A stretch of 52,768 bases of DNA from IMG/VR virus record IMGVR_UViG_3300045988_047893. One strand, given 5' to 3'. Source of the stretch: a virus. Position numbers and translations under genes: made by a program. Within the stretch, counting starts at the first letter, position 1; every line of letters starts with the position of its first letter. This document shows positions 52,090-52,768 of this stretch, piece by piece. The notes beneath the pieces were generated by a model, which saw nothing but the letters and a program-made list of their open reading frames with translations, had not been told where the DNA came from and did not search any database.

Positions 52090-52302
52090 TCAGCCCAGAA
52101 GCGCGGCCGCGGCATCCTGCCAGGTGGGAAAGCTGTAGAACGTGCGGCGCTCTGCGTTGGTGTTCTCGCCGGTGATTCGTGCGGCGATCCGCTGCCCGGT
52201 GCGGGGGTCCCACCCTTCCAGCCGATACCCGGCGGCCTGAAGGCGGCGGGCTGCGGCGTTCTCCTTGCGGTTCCGTTCGCGGATCTGTTCAAGTGTCATC
52301 AT
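52090..52302 (-). CDS. Hypothetical 70-aa protein
   Basis: ATG 52302 after GAAAGGAG. Confidence 0.45.
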   Translation of the reverse strand: MMTLEQIRERNRKENAAARRLQAAGYRLEGWDPRTGQRIAARITGENTNAERRTFYSFPTWQDAAAALLG

Positions 52303-52316
52303 GGTGCAGGCTCCTT

Positions 52317-52664
52317 TCAATCTTCGGTGCAGCCGTGGCAGTAAAGCGCGTCAATCACTTTGTCATCGCTGAAATCTTCCGGGGTGCCGTTCGCGTCAAC
52401 CACCAGGTCAACGCGGTCATAAATTCGCAGATCGGTTTCTGCATCCACCAGAAAATACCAGTCGTCACCGTCCAGCGCGTCGGTGCACCAGACTTCAACC
52501 GCGCCGTCATCGGTGGCGGTCATGCCCTGCACAATGGCCGGGGCGATGTAGCGGCCAAGGGGGCCGACGGTGTAGGGGCATTGTGCCGCGGCCTTCGGTG
52601 CGGTGCCTGCCAGCAGTGCGGCCGCCAGTGCGGCGGCGGTGGTGATCTTCTTTGCAAGTTTCAT
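52317..52664 (-). CDS. Secreted Cys-containing protein
   Basis: Signal peptide MKLAKKITTAAALAAALLAGTAPKAAA. AAAGGAG RBS. Confidence 0.55.
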   Translation of the reverse strand: MKLAKKITTAAALAAALLAGTAPKAAAQCPYTVGPLGRYIAPAIVQGMTATDDGAVEVWCTDALDGDDWYFLVDAETDLRIYDRVDLVVDANGTPEDFSDDKVIDALYCHGCTED

Positions 52665-52693
52665 GTTCTTTGCTCCTTTGCTTTTCAGGTTTG

Positions 52694-52768
52694 CCCCGGC
52701 GGGCTGCCGGGGTTATGGGGCGGGGCCGCTTTGTTTGAGCGGTGCGACCCTGCCAGGGCATCCGCTTG
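52694..52768. repeat. Intergenic two-hairpin repeat R7 (continues across the junction; same bases as 1-55)
   Basis: CCCCGGC-GGGCT-GCCGGGG, then GGGGCGGGGCCGC-TTTGTTTGAGCGGT-GCGACCCTGCC-AGGGCATCCGC. Confidence 0.8.
52714..52768. repeat. Terminal overlap, identical to 1-55
   Basis: Exact 55-nt identity with the window start. Confidence 0.95.

Noticed and set aside
51974-52213. Long version of ORF 51719-52213 (-), and ORFs 51819-52292 (-) and 49983-50369 (-), which cross the intergenic repeats
   Set aside because: They read through repeat elements as Arg/Pro-rich sequence. Internal ATGs with AAAGGAG Shine-Dalgarno sites give compact, plausible genes
47127-52768. Reading the seven repeats as a CRISPR array
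   Set aside because: The copies are 0.5-1.7 kb apart, protein-coding genes fill the gaps, the copies are imperfect, and no cas genes are present

Overview
The window is one complete tailed-phage genome, assembled as a circle. Bases 1-55 are identical to 52714-52768, so the unique length is about 52.7 kb.

Layout:
- About 250-480: a divergent promoter/operator switch.
- About 2.1-25.8 kb: a rightward late module. It has lambda-type packaging and head genes (Nu1-like and TerS-like proteins, GpA-type TerL, gpW, lambda-family portal, ClpP-like protease/scaffold, gpD-like decoration protein, gpE-like capsid). These are joined to a P2/Mu-type contractile tail (sheath, tube, E/E' chaperone with a -1 frameshift, tape measure, X, D, V, U-like, W, J, I, fibres).
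- 25.8-29.2 kb: a diversity-generating retroelement (Avd, TR, RT, VR1 target). A second VR sits in a remote non-structural gene at 39.8 kb.
- 29.2-30.9 kb: a Firmicutes-style lysis cassette (XkdX-like, M15 peptidase, holin, XhlA-like).
- 31.0-32.3 kb: an IS30-family transposase unit.
- 32.4-45.4 kb: a rightward accessory and replication block. It holds a DPPY methyltransferase, an HD hydrolase, a structured non-coding region, a motif-permuted C5 methyltransferase flanked by poly-G tracts, a 3D-domain hydrolase, a HUH Rep-like protein and an ArpU/RinA-like regulator.
- 52.7 down to 45.6 kb, continuing across the junction from the promoter at about 320: a leftward operon. It includes a DUF4942-type N6A methyltransferase, an ArdC-N-like protein and a SWIM protein.

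No integrase, CI-type repressor, canonical tRNA, rRNA or CRISPR array was seen.

The least explained signals are in the leftward operon:
- Seven co-oriented two-hairpin intergenic repeats.
- 22 same-strand copies of the heptamer TTTCGTG in 5.2 kb. These occur inside coding sequence in all three codon phases.

Caveat: four frame breaks (RT, the C5-MTase at two sites, and the 5' end of the 45.9 kb gene) fall at or next to homopolymer runs. Consensus indel errors must be excluded before any of them is read as biology.

All product calls rest on motifs I recognised by eye. No database search was possible.
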